From: a virus
Lineage: Duplodnaviria; Heunggongvirae; Uroviricota; Caudoviricetes
IMG/VR virus record: IMGVR_UViG_2524023210_000007
Coordinates: 80,429-132,315 of that record
DNA length: 51,887 bases
Strand: one strand, 5' to 3'
Shown piece by piece: positions 44,277-51,887 of this stretch. Made by a program: the position numbers and the translations under genes. The notes beneath the pieces were generated by a model that was not told where the DNA came from, made no database searches, and saw only the letters and a list, made by a program, of their open reading frames with translations. How positions within the stretch are numbered: the stretch's first letter is position 1; each line of letters begins with the position of its first letter.

Positions 44277-44288
44277 AGGCTTCCCCTT

Positions 44289-44621
44289 TCATGGTCGCAT
44301 CATGCCGCCGAAGAACGCGTTCTCGAGCGAACGCTCGGCGGCTTGCTTCAATTGCTGCTCGAACCGCACCTTCAAAGCCGGGTGGGCGTAGATCGTACCG
44401 CCGACCTGCCACATCGCCGGCTCCTTCCGGAACTCGCCGCCAAACCGCTTGACCAGTTTCTTGTGGATCCGGCGCGATCGATGCCGCGAGGCCGGAAATA
44501 GACGCTCGGTCGTTTCCTTCAGCGCCGAGGTGGTGAAGAGCACGCGCGGTGCTGCCGGCGCCGGCCTGACGCTCCTCATGGCATCCATGATCTTCTGAAT
44601 TGTCAGGACGCCGTCGGTCAC
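44289..44621 (-). CDS. Hypothetical protein
   Basis: 110 aa, coupled. Confidence 0.5.
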   Translation of the reverse strand: MTDGVLTIQKIMDAMRSVRPAPAAPRVLFTTSALKETTERLFPASRHRSRRIHKKLVKRFGGEFRKEPAMWQVGGTIYAHPALKVRFEQQLKQAAERSLENAFFGGMMRP

Positions 44622-44827
44622 GACTCGGCGCTCCTAACCTTGATATCAACGCGCCGGCACGCATAACCGATGCGTCGCCACCATGGCCAATCTCGCTTCA
44701 CCTTGTCGGCATCGTCCAGGAATGCAGCTATTGATGACGAGCGCCTGATCCTGGCACTGCAGAGAAATGCCGTGCCGTGTCCGTCGACGACGCACCAAAA
44801 GGTCTTGTATTTGCGAGGCCAACTCAT
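44618..44827 (-). CDS. Hypothetical protein
   Basis: ATGA overlaps at both ends. Confidence 0.45.
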   Translation of the reverse strand: MSWPRKYKTFWCVVDGHGTAFLCSARIRRSSSIAAFLDDADKVKRDWPWWRRIGYACRRVDIKVRSAES

Positions 44828-45015
44828 GGTGGTGGGAAACCTTTCGGATTGTGGCATCTGGTGCATTCTTGGAAATGCGGATCGTTGAAACCCGTGCTGT
44901 AGCATTCCCAGCCGCCGTTGAAGCAAACTGGACAGTCATCGTCCGGCGATGGTTGCTTGTGCTCAATCTCGTTGAGCCTGGCGCCGATCGCTGCGAAGTC
45001 ATCGACGATGCTCAT
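44824..45015 (-). CDS. Small zinc-finger protein
   Basis: CPVC, CTRC. Confidence 0.5.
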   Translation of the reverse strand: MSIVDDFAAIGARLNEIEHKQPSPDDDCPVCFNGGWECYSTGFNDPHFQECTRCHNPKGFPPP

Positions 45016-45132
45016 CGCCGGCCCCTTGCGCGCAAACGCACCAGCACGATCAACGTCGCGAGAGTTCCGCCAATCCCCAGAATCCGTAGATTAGGTACGG
45101 AATAAGCGGAGCATTCGAGGGGATAGATCCGA

Positions 45133-45324
45133 TCATGATTGACCGTCCCCGGGGCAAATCTGCGGTGCTCCCATGTAAGACCACCGATCCGACACGGTGT
45201 TGAAAAGGTAGTCCTTGCTGACAATTCGCCGTCGATAGACGAGCCGCAGCCACTTCCAACCCCAATCTTCGGTGCGGACTGGATGCCAAGCGAAATAGCG
45301 CTCGTACGGGCCAAAGAACATCAC
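45133..45324 (-). CDS. Hypothetical protein
   Basis: FAWHPVRT..WGWKWL motif. Confidence 0.45.
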   Translation of the reverse strand: MMFFGPYERYFAWHPVRTEDWGWKWLRLVYRRRIVSKDYLFNTVSDRWSYMGAPQICPGDGQS

Positions 45325-45342
45325 CGGTCCTCGCCATCAGTC

Positions 45343-45519
45343 TTAGGCATACCAGGGCGCTCCCTTCACGAAGAAGCCGAGCCAGATGAACAGGGCTACG
45401 AACGGCGCGGCTTCGATCAGAAGCAGCCAGGGCCAGATCCAATATGAGACGCCGGCCACAACAGCCATCCCAAGCCAGATCCGCTGATTGTCCTTGTCCG
45501 CCCACCAGACGTGGTTCAT
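45343..45519 (-). CDS. Small membrane protein
   Basis: Two hydrophobic segments. Confidence 0.45.
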   Translation of the reverse strand: MNHVWWADKDNQRIWLGMAVVAGVSYWIWPWLLLIEAAPFVALFIWLGFFVKGAPWYA

Positions 45520-45637
45520 GGCAGATACCTCCATGCGAGTGAGATGATGGCGAGGCCGAGCGCCGAAAACGCCACTCGGTTGAAGCCGACGGCGCCGGCG
45601 AATACTCCGACGATGGTTGCGATGATTGCTGAGGTGA

Positions 45638-46624
45638 TCACGGCGAGACGTCTCCAAAGAGATCTCCGTCGCCGCGCCGACGCTTGGCCGTGCGTTTAGC
45701 TTTCAGGTTCGCGTCGTATTCGGAGAACGGGATCGATCGATAGAGGCCGGTGACAGCCCAGCGTTGGAAGCGCTTGAGGTCGCGTCGCGCCTGGTCGAAT
45801 GGCATCGGGTAGGGCAGGATGCCGCGCTCGACCATGCGGTTGAAACGGTGGTGGATACGTTCCCAGGTCTCGCGCTTGTCGAACCCAACCAGCATGTAGG
45901 CCATCAGATGCTTTGCAGGCACGCCGGCAGCCTCGAGTATGTCGACGCCGTGGAAGAAGACCTCTTCGTCTTTCAGGTTGTCCCAGGCGGTGTAGAGGCG
46001 CCGGCGCCGGAACTCATTGCAGCGGTATTCGACGCCAGCGACCGCCGCCGCGACCTCGGAAGTCATGGCGCGGACATTGATCCCCTGGCTAAAACAGACC
46101 TTGAAACCGCCATCGCGGATCTCAGCGATCCGGCCCTGCCAATCGGGTTGGCCGAAGAAATCGTTGTCGAGCAGGTGCAGGTGTTTCGGTGTAGAGCCGC
46201 CGCGCCAGACCTGCGCAATGGTCGCGGCCTGCCGCGGCTTGCCTTCCTTCGTCGGCACGACGCAGAACTTGCATGACAGCCGGCAGCCGCGCTGCGTGAA
46301 ACCGATGCTGGCCTCGAAGTCAGGGTAGAGGCTGTAGTCGAGGCCGGCGGCGTCGCCGATCAGCCTCTCGACTGTGACTGTGCTGTCAGTGCCGGTCCCC
46401 CCGACAATGGCCCCAGGGAACTCGTTCATGAAACGGGCCAACCGGTCGGCCGAGAACTTGAAGATGGCACTGCCATAAACGACGTCGTAGGGCGGTTCGA
46501 AGAGCTCTCGCCGGACACGGCGGGTGAAGTGCACCTGGTCGCCGCGGGTGCGATGGTGAGCGGCCAGCCGCATGAGCGCCAGGTTGGGGAGCGCGCCGTC
46601 GATCTGGGTGACCCGGACGTGCAT
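45638..46624 (-). CDS. Radical SAM protein (phage family)
   Basis: CRLSCKFC (CxxxCxxC), LPNLALMRL, YGSAIF, LLDNDFF. Confidence 0.88.
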   Translation of the reverse strand: MHVRVTQIDGALPNLALMRLAAHHRTRGDQVHFTRRVRRELFEPPYDVVYGSAIFKFSADRLARFMNEFPGAIVGGTGTDSTVTVERLIGDAAGLDYSLYPDFEASIGFTQRGCRLSCKFCVVPTKEGKPRQAATIAQVWRGGSTPKHLHLLDNDFFGQPDWQGRIAEIRDGGFKVCFSQGINVRAMTSEVAAAVAGVEYRCNEFRRRRLYTAWDNLKDEEVFFHGVDILEAAGVPAKHLMAYMLVGFDKRETWERIHHRFNRMVERGILPYPMPFDQARRDLKRFQRWAVTGLYRSIPFSEYDANLKAKRTAKRRRGDGDLFGDVSP

Positions 46625-46626
46625 GG

Positions 46627-46986
46627 TCAAAGCCCCAGTTCTTCGGGCGATCGACCGACCCGGATCCAATCCCGGCGCAAGTCCGTGGCCGGTTGGACGA
46701 AAGGATGCGGCGCGCGCGGGTCGAGTTGCCGGCGGGTCCAGTCGAAGGCTTGACCGCGGAGCACCGCGACGGCGTGAAAAAAACAGGGGTCCTTTGACGG
46801 GTAATCGTCGACCCGGTTGGGGAAGTACCGCCGAGAGCCGAGCAGGTAGACGACCTCAGCGCCGGGGGCGAAGAACCGAAACCAGCTTGACGCCCAGCAG
46901 CAGAGCCCGGCGCAACCCTCGGCGGACCTGAGTTCCGGGAAGCGGCGTTCGAAGGCCGAAACGATGCGCGGGAGCGTTGCGATCAT
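46627..46986 (-). CDS. Hypothetical protein
   Basis: 119 aa; first gene of the leftward operon. Confidence 0.5.
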   Translation of the reverse strand: MIATLPRIVSAFERRFPELRSAEGCAGLCCWASSWFRFFAPGAEVVYLLGSRRYFPNRVDDYPSKDPCFFHAVAVLRGQAFDWTRRQLDPRAPHPFVQPATDLRRDWIRVGRSPEELGL

Positions 46987-47023
46987 CGCTGACGCTCCGC
47001 CAAGAACAGCCGCAGAACAGACT

Positions 47024-47041
47024 TTGTAAACTGGTTTACAA
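47024..47041. promoter_or_regulatory. Perfect palindrome, putative operator
   Basis: TTGTAAAC-TG-GTTTACAA, about 40 nt upstream of the leftward operon. Confidence 0.55.
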
Positions 47042-47111
47042 TCTGGGCTCGGAAACGGCCGTTTGCGCCGAGTCGATCAGATGCTATGCTGTTGATGCAT
47101 CGTCTATTTTC

Positions 47112-47157
47112 TGGTGAGCGCGGAGGGACTCGAACCCTCGACCCCATGATTAAAAGT
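47112..47157 (-). other. att core: 3' half of a host-type tRNA-Lys(TTT)
   Basis: Minus strand ACTTTTAATCATGGGGTCGAGGGTTCGAGTCCCTCCGCGCTCACCA; no 5' half upstream; next to integrase. Confidence 0.85.
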
Positions 47158-47274
47158 TGCATCGGGGCCATTTTTATAACGTGCTCTAATCGTTGTTCAA
47201 AAATCGTAAAGGCTAGAATTCGCTTATCTTTTTTTCATTTTTCATCATCGCGTCACGTCGCGTCTCAATCGATC

Positions 47275-47318
47275 GTGTAGCACCGAATTTGCTACACGGT
47301 GCTACATGGGTGCTACAC
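47275..47318. repeat. TGCTACA repeats (putative integrase arm sites)
   Basis: One inverted copy (47275-47282) and three direct copies (47290, 47300, 47311). Confidence 0.65.
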
Positions 47319-47338
47319 GAATCCGCGCAGAGAGCACC

Positions 47339-48631
47339 ATGGCTAAGCAGAAAAGAAAGCCGATCAGGATCAGCAAGCGCACAGTCGACGCGCTCGCAAA
47401 GGGCGAGACGATCTATGACGACGCCATCCGGGGCTTTCGGGCGGTATGCCTGCCGAGCGGCAAGGTCACGTTTGGGTTCCAGTACAGCATTGGCGGGCGG
47501 CGGCCGTATCTGGCGCTTGGCCTTTTGGGGGAGGTGACACCCGACCAGGCCCGCACGTTCGCCGAGCGGGCCGTCGTGGCGGTCAAGGAAGGCCGCGACC
47601 CGGCGGGCGAAAAGAAGATGGAGGAGGCCAAGACCGAGAACACGGTCAACCACGTTATCGACGAGTGGCTTCGCCTGTACGCGCGCGACCCGTCCGACCC
47701 GCTCCGGAGCGCCGACGCAATCGCGGGCATCTTTGACCGGCATGTGCGGCCAGAGATCGGGGAGAAGGCGATCTATGACGTCACCCGAAAGGAAATCGTC
47801 GCCATGCTGGACAAGGTGCGGGAGAACGGCGGCACCAAGGGCGGCGGCCCGATGGCTAACCGGGTGCACTCGCACCTGAAGACCGCTTTCGAGTGGTGGC
47901 GGGACCGTGACGACAAGTTCGCCACGCAGCCGATGACGCGCAGGAAGCCAGCCAAGGAGAAGGCCCGAAACCGGTTCCTGCCGTTCGATGAAGTTCTCGA
48001 CCTCTGGCGCGCCAGCGATGAACTTGGTGACGTTCACGCCCACTATTGGAAGGCGGTGCTGTTCTCCGGTGGACGCCGTTCCGAGGTCTCGAAGATGCAC
48101 AGCCGCGAGCTGGATAAGGCGCATTCGAACTGGATGGTCCCGGCTGGCCGCTACAAAACCAAGGTCAACCACGTGCTGCCGCTCACGCCCTCGCTCAAGG
48201 CATTGCTGCCGAAGCTGCCGAAGGATGGCTACGTGTTCTCGACGACGGGCGGGGACGTGCCGATCTCCGGCTTCAGCAAGATGAAGATCGCAATCGACAA
48301 GAAGATCGCGGAAATCCGGAAACGGGAGGGCAGGCCGCCTATGGCGCCGTGGCAAATCCGAGACCTGCGCCGTTCTTGCCGGACCCTCATGATTGCCATC
48401 GGCATTCCCGAGTTGCATGCGAAGGCGGTGAACGGCCACAAGATTCCCGGTGTCGATGGGGTCTATAACGTTTGGGATTACCTGCCGGAAAAGACCGCCG
48501 CGATCGACAGGTTCATCGCACATATCAAGGCGCTGCTCGATACACCGACACCGACGCCAGCCCCCGACAATGTTATCACGTTCAAGTCATCCCCGAGCGC
48601 TGCCCCGCGCCGCGCGCTCGGCAGAGGTTGA
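47339..48631 (+). CDS. int: Tyrosine recombinase/integrase with N-terminal arm-binding domain
   Basis: IYDDAIRGF..V..PSGK.TF.FQY; GGRRSEV, RDLRRS, VNGH, GVYN. Confidence 0.92.
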   Translation: MAKQKRKPIRISKRTVDALAKGETIYDDAIRGFRAVCLPSGKVTFGFQYSIGGRRPYLALGLLGEVTPDQARTFAERAVVAVKEGRDPAGEKKMEEAKTENTVNHVIDEWLRLYARDPSDPLRSADAIAGIFDRHVRPEIGEKAIYDVTRKEIVAMLDKVRENGGTKGGGPMANRVHSHLKTAFEWWRDRDDKFATQPMTRRKPAKEKARNRFLPFDEVLDLWRASDELGDVHAHYWKAVLFSGGRRSEVSKMHSRELDKAHSNWMVPAGRYKTKVNHVLPLTPSLKALLPKLPKDGYVFSTTGGDVPISGFSKMKIAIDKKIAEIRKREGRPPMAPWQIRDLRRSCRTLMIAIGIPELHAKAVNGHKIPGVDGVYNVWDYLPEKTAAIDRFIAHIKALLDTPTPTPAPDNVITFKSSPSAAPRRALGRG

Positions 48632-48799
48632 CGTGAACGTGTGCTGTTCGAGCCATTTGTCGAGATCGGTGGAGTTGTAGAGCACCTTTCTGCCGATCTT
48701 GATGTATCTCGGTCCGCCGCCTCTCACGCGCATGATATCCAGCGTGCTTTTGGCACACCCGACATATTCGGCGGCTTGCTTGGTGTCCAAGCGGCTCAT
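48587..48799 (-). CDS. Excisionase-like HTH protein (AlpA/MerR-like)
   Basis: LDTKQAAEYVG...GGGPRYIKIGRKVLY...DLDKWL; convergent with int. Confidence 0.8.
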   Translation of the reverse strand: MSRLDTKQAAEYVGCAKSTLDIMRVRGGGPRYIKIGRKVLYNSTDLDKWLEQHTFTSTSAERAARGSARG

Positions 48800-49070
48800 T
48801 GCTCGGTCTCCGGCGCGCCGTCGAACCGTGCATCAATCCATTCTCTGATCGCCTCACATTCGCGGAGATTGATCGCGGCATCTGCATCAGTCATTGTTCG
48901 CTTCACGTTTGTAGGAGTATGTCACGTACTATGATGATGCGTTGCGAATGTATCCAGATGGGCGGCGTGTGCTCAGTGTTGACAGCGATACTTCGGCATT
49001 CACGGATGCGAGAAACGGCTGTGATCAACGGGCGCATTTGCGAGAGTTGATCACAGCGCCGTTTCGCGGC

Positions 49071-49535
49071 TTATTTTCTCTTCGCCACTGGCATTGATCG
49101 TTGAAGCGCGCCGCCGAGGATTGCGGCGCGGTGTCTGTCATTGAGCTGTTCAAGCGCGCCCTCGACGGCCGCCATCGCGGCGACCGTTGCGGCCTCCATC
49201 TGTGCTGCAACGGCCTCGGCGCGTGTGATGCGCCGGGCTTCGCCAAGTGCATCCAGCATGTCGCGCAGCCATTCCTCGCCGCTCGGCGATATCGAGATGC
49301 CGACGCCGAGCCGCCGGGCAGGCCATCGCGTTACGAAGGTCCGCATCGCGCCCTCGGCGGCGCACGCCTCGGCGGCATCGGTCACCTGCCTATGCAGGAT
49401 GGACCGCCGGAGCGCCCTGATATCGGCCGCAAGCTTCGTCAGGTGCGCGGCGGCATCAACCTTGTGCTGTGCGGTGCGTTGCTCGGCGCACCATTCGAGG
49501 TCTTCAGCCTCGCGGATCAGGAAATTTCTGATCAT
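49071..49535 (-). CDS. Hypothetical protein
   Basis: Helical, 154 aa. Confidence 0.45.
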   Translation of the reverse strand: MIRNFLIREAEDLEWCAEQRTAQHKVDAAAHLTKLAADIRALRRSILHRQVTDAAEACAAEGAMRTFVTRWPARRLGVGISISPSGEEWLRDMLDALGEARRITRAEAVAAQMEAATVAAMAAVEGALEQLNDRHRAAILGGALQRSMPVAKRK

Positions 49536-50135
49536 CACCGCCCCGCCAGCCAAGGGCCTAACGACGGATAGACGGCAACCAAGATGAGCAAGCCCGCCAA
49601 GATGGCAAGCAGGATTAAGAGAGTCCGATTTTCCATTGTGACAGCCTCTGCGCTGCCCGGCCCCGGTGGTGCCGGGAGTTTCAAATCGGCAAGCAGAGGT
49701 TTGCCGCCCCCCATATTACCGCCACGCGAGGAATGACCTCGCGCTGCTACTAACGGATATTTTGGGGGCCTCCCGGCCTAAGCCGGCGAAACCTCTGCCG
49801 CCTTGGGTTTGGCGCCAGACAGATTTGAAGCCATCTGGCGCAACCGTAAGCCTAGCTTGACGCGGCGGATGATGCAACGCCCGACACGGGGTCTTGTCCG
49901 GCGTGATCGCGCTCAAACGAGGTAGAACGAACGCCCCTCGCGCTGGCCGCGCTTCCACAGCCGATAGGACATCACCCACCAGATTAGCGTGATCAAACTC
50001 GCCATTTTTGCTGCTCCAGGCCGAATGCATCGCGGGGCTGCGCGCAGGGCGAGACATCACAAGCAACCGTTACTCCCGTCAATACCGTAAGCTGTCTATA
50101 CGCTCCGCGATAGCAGATGGGGACAAGCAAAAACG

Positions 50136-50504
50136 ATGATCGACGTTCGAGCGTTGGCAGTGATTGCCGGAGCCGTGCTTCTCCTCGCGCCGATTGATGC
50201 CTCCGGTAGGGCGGAGCCAGTCACCATGACCTGTGACGGGGAAATGACATCGTCAAATTTCACAACGTCGATTCATTGGAGCGCGGTCGTCGACTTGGAA
50301 GCGCGCACGGTCACGGTCAACACCGAGACCTATAAGGTTATCGGGTTCAACGAGAACATCATCACCTTCGGCGGCCCGGTTCGATCAACCACGGTCGACG
50401 GATGGATGAATCGAATCACGGGGCGGATGATTTTGAACATCGACGAAGACAATTGGAGCCAATCGACCACGGCCCACTGCACGCCGACGAAAAAGCTATT
50501 CTGA
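50136..50504 (+). CDS. Secreted protein, paralog A
   Basis: Signal peptide; AEPVTMTC...CTPTKKLF. Confidence 0.65.
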   Translation: MIDVRALAVIAGAVLLLAPIDASGRAEPVTMTCDGEMTSSNFTTSIHWSAVVDLEARTVTVNTETYKVIGFNENIITFGGPVRSTTVDGWMNRITGRMILNIDEDNWSQSTTAHCTPTKKLF

Positions 50505-50518
50505 CAGGGGAGGGGCAG

Positions 50519-50911
50519 ATGACCTACACTCGAATGATAGCCGTTTCGGGGGTGCTGCTGTTCGCGCCTTGCGTCGTCAAGGCAGAGCCGATCGTGATGA
50601 ACTGCAGCAGCGTAGTGGAAATGCTTTTCAACGAAACGACGGAGTCCGTGCCGGACATGGGGCTGATGTTAGATGAGGACCGATCGACAGTCACCTTGCA
50701 AACCTACGGCACGTTCCCGCTTGTGCAGACTGATGAACTCTCTATCGTGTTCGGCGGCCGGGGCAATGTGCAGGCGTTTGGAAGGCTGGACCGGGTTTCT
50801 GGACAGCTCGATATGGACATCGATCCGCCCGACAATCTCCCAAGCTCCGCTTGGAAGGTCTTTGTGGCGCACATTGGTGCCCGCTGCATCCCCGCGAAGA
50901 AACTGTTCTGA
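50519..50911 (+). CDS. Secreted protein, paralog B
   Basis: Signal peptide; AEPIVMNC...CIPAKKLF. Confidence 0.65.
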   Translation: MTYTRMIAVSGVLLFAPCVVKAEPIVMNCSSVVEMLFNETTESVPDMGLMLDEDRSTVTLQTYGTFPLVQTDELSIVFGGRGNVQAFGRLDRVSGQLDMDIDPPDNLPSSAWKVFVAHIGARCIPAKKLF

Positions 50912-50923
50912 TGGAGCGCCGCT

Positions 50924-51316
50924 ATGATTCGGATGTTATTCTGCCTTGCGACCGTTGCTGTCTTAGGCGGCCTAGGTAAGGCGAAGGCAGATTCGGCGCA
51001 AATTCTCACAAGTTGCGAGATTCTACTGCGAGAATTGAAGTTGAACGGCGAGCGAGTGGTCTTCCCGGAAGGTGGCTATCCGTGTTGGTTCTATCTTTTG
51101 GCCCTTCAGGACGTGTCTGTTATCAGTCCTGATGGTGGAAAAACGAGATGGCTAGGAGCTTGCGCACCGCCAGAGACGAAGCTTACCACCCTCATCCGGG
51201 TGTTCACGCGATATGCAGAGCAAAACCCAGCAGAACTGAACCATCCGCCTGTTTTTATCGCTATGAACGCGTGGCAACGGGCCTTCCCTTGCCCTGAACA
51301 GCCGCCGGGCCGGTGA
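50924..51316 (+). CDS. Rap1a/Tai-like immunity protein
   Basis: Signal peptide; ILTSC, CWFYL...D, CAPP, RVFTRYAEQNPAEL, AFPC pattern. Confidence 0.7.
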   Translation: MIRMLFCLATVAVLGGLGKAKADSAQILTSCEILLRELKLNGERVVFPEGGYPCWFYLLALQDVSVISPDGGKTRWLGACAPPETKLTTLIRVFTRYAEQNPAELNHPPVFIAMNAWQRAFPCPEQPPGR

Positions 51317-51542
51317 ACTTTAACTTTCGCCGAGCCTCTGGGAAGCCCGCTGGCGGGGCTGATGGCGAGGGCCTGCGATGGCGCAGGCCTCGCCGACAAA
51401 CGCACAGGCCGGGCGCGCTCGCTATTCTGCGCCAGCGTCGACGCATCATCGCCGATCAGGGTCGCCCTCGTCTGGGTGGATGATCGTCCTATTCTGATCG
51501 ATCATCTCCTTTAGAGATTGAGGACCGGGGTCCGCCCAATCC

Positions 51543-51887
51543 TCAGAAACTGTTGCAGTCGATGATGCCAGCATGGTTCATGCACTGCGTGTGCATCGGC
51601 GGCGATGGTGTTGGCGACGGCGTCGCATTGATGCTTTGCAGACTTTGCCCCATCTGCTGCAGACCTTCCGCAACGCGTTGGCTGCGCTGGTCATCGAGCT
51701 GCTGCTGCATAAGAACCATGCTTCGAATGCAGTCTGCGTAACCGGGCTGTCCTCGCTTGTAACCCATCTGCTCGCAGTTCTGTGATTGCTTGACAATCAT
51801 TTCCTGCTGACGCTCGGCCGCCGACTGGCAGCCGGTAAGTGCGAGCGCAAAAATCAGGGCCGCGCTCGCCGTCGTCTTCTCTCTCAT
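51543..51887 (-). CDS. Lipoprotein
   Basis: Lipobox LTGC; C..MGY..G...YADC. Confidence 0.6.
   Translation of the reverse strand: MREKTTASAALIFALALTGCQSAAERQQEMIVKQSQNCEQMGYKRGQPGYADCIRSMVLMQQQLDDQRSQRVAEGLQQMGQSLQSINATPSPTPSPPMHTQCMNHAGIIDCNSF

Larger units (their letters stand above)
1..47111. mobile_element. Temperate siphovirus-like phage/prophage (partial; left end outside window)
   Basis: Contiguous neck-tail-lysis genes, cargo genes, tRNA array and small leftward genes, ending at an att-like tRNA fragment. Confidence 0.85.
47112..51887. mobile_element. Integrase-bearing module (second island, or attP side of the same phage); extends past window
   Basis: att fragment, integrase, excisionase-like HTH, cargo. 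Confidence 0.6.

Noticed and set aside
38400-47000. rtcB/rtcR RNA-repair genes expected near rsr
   Set aside because: No such ORF is recognisable in this window
47213-48523. 436-aa minus-strand ORF
   Set aside because: Antisense shadow of the integrase

Overview
GC-rich phage/prophage DNA. The host is probably alphaproteobacterial (Hyphomicrobiales/Bradyrhizobium-like; inferred from the att fragment, the tRNA-His type and protein families). 1-20.7 kb: siphovirus-type neck/tail operon (tube, frameshifted chaperone, tape measure, tip, fibre). 20.7-28.6 kb: lysis genes plus surface-glycan cargo genes (acyltransferase, glycosyltransferases, methyltransferase). 28.9-31.2 kb: SRAP cassette. 32.0-42.1 kb: plus-strand array of 38 tRNA genes that I folded by eye. 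All encode CCA, together they cover all 20 amino acids, and many are structurally atypical. The array is interleaved with higBA, an HNH nuclease, four tandem Y-RNA-like modules directly upstream of a Ro60/TROVE gene, several unexplained structured RNAs and antisense ORFs. 42.1-47.0 kb: leftward operon with a Mesh1-like HD hydrolase and a radical SAM enzyme. 47.1 kb onward: a tRNA-Lys(TTT) 3' att fragment, tyrosine integrase, excisionase-like HTH and secreted-protein cargo. The standout is the tRNA array / Y-RNA / Ro60 / alarmone-hydrolase block, a candidate phage-borne translation-rescue system. All RNA folds and start sites are manual and need computational confirmation.
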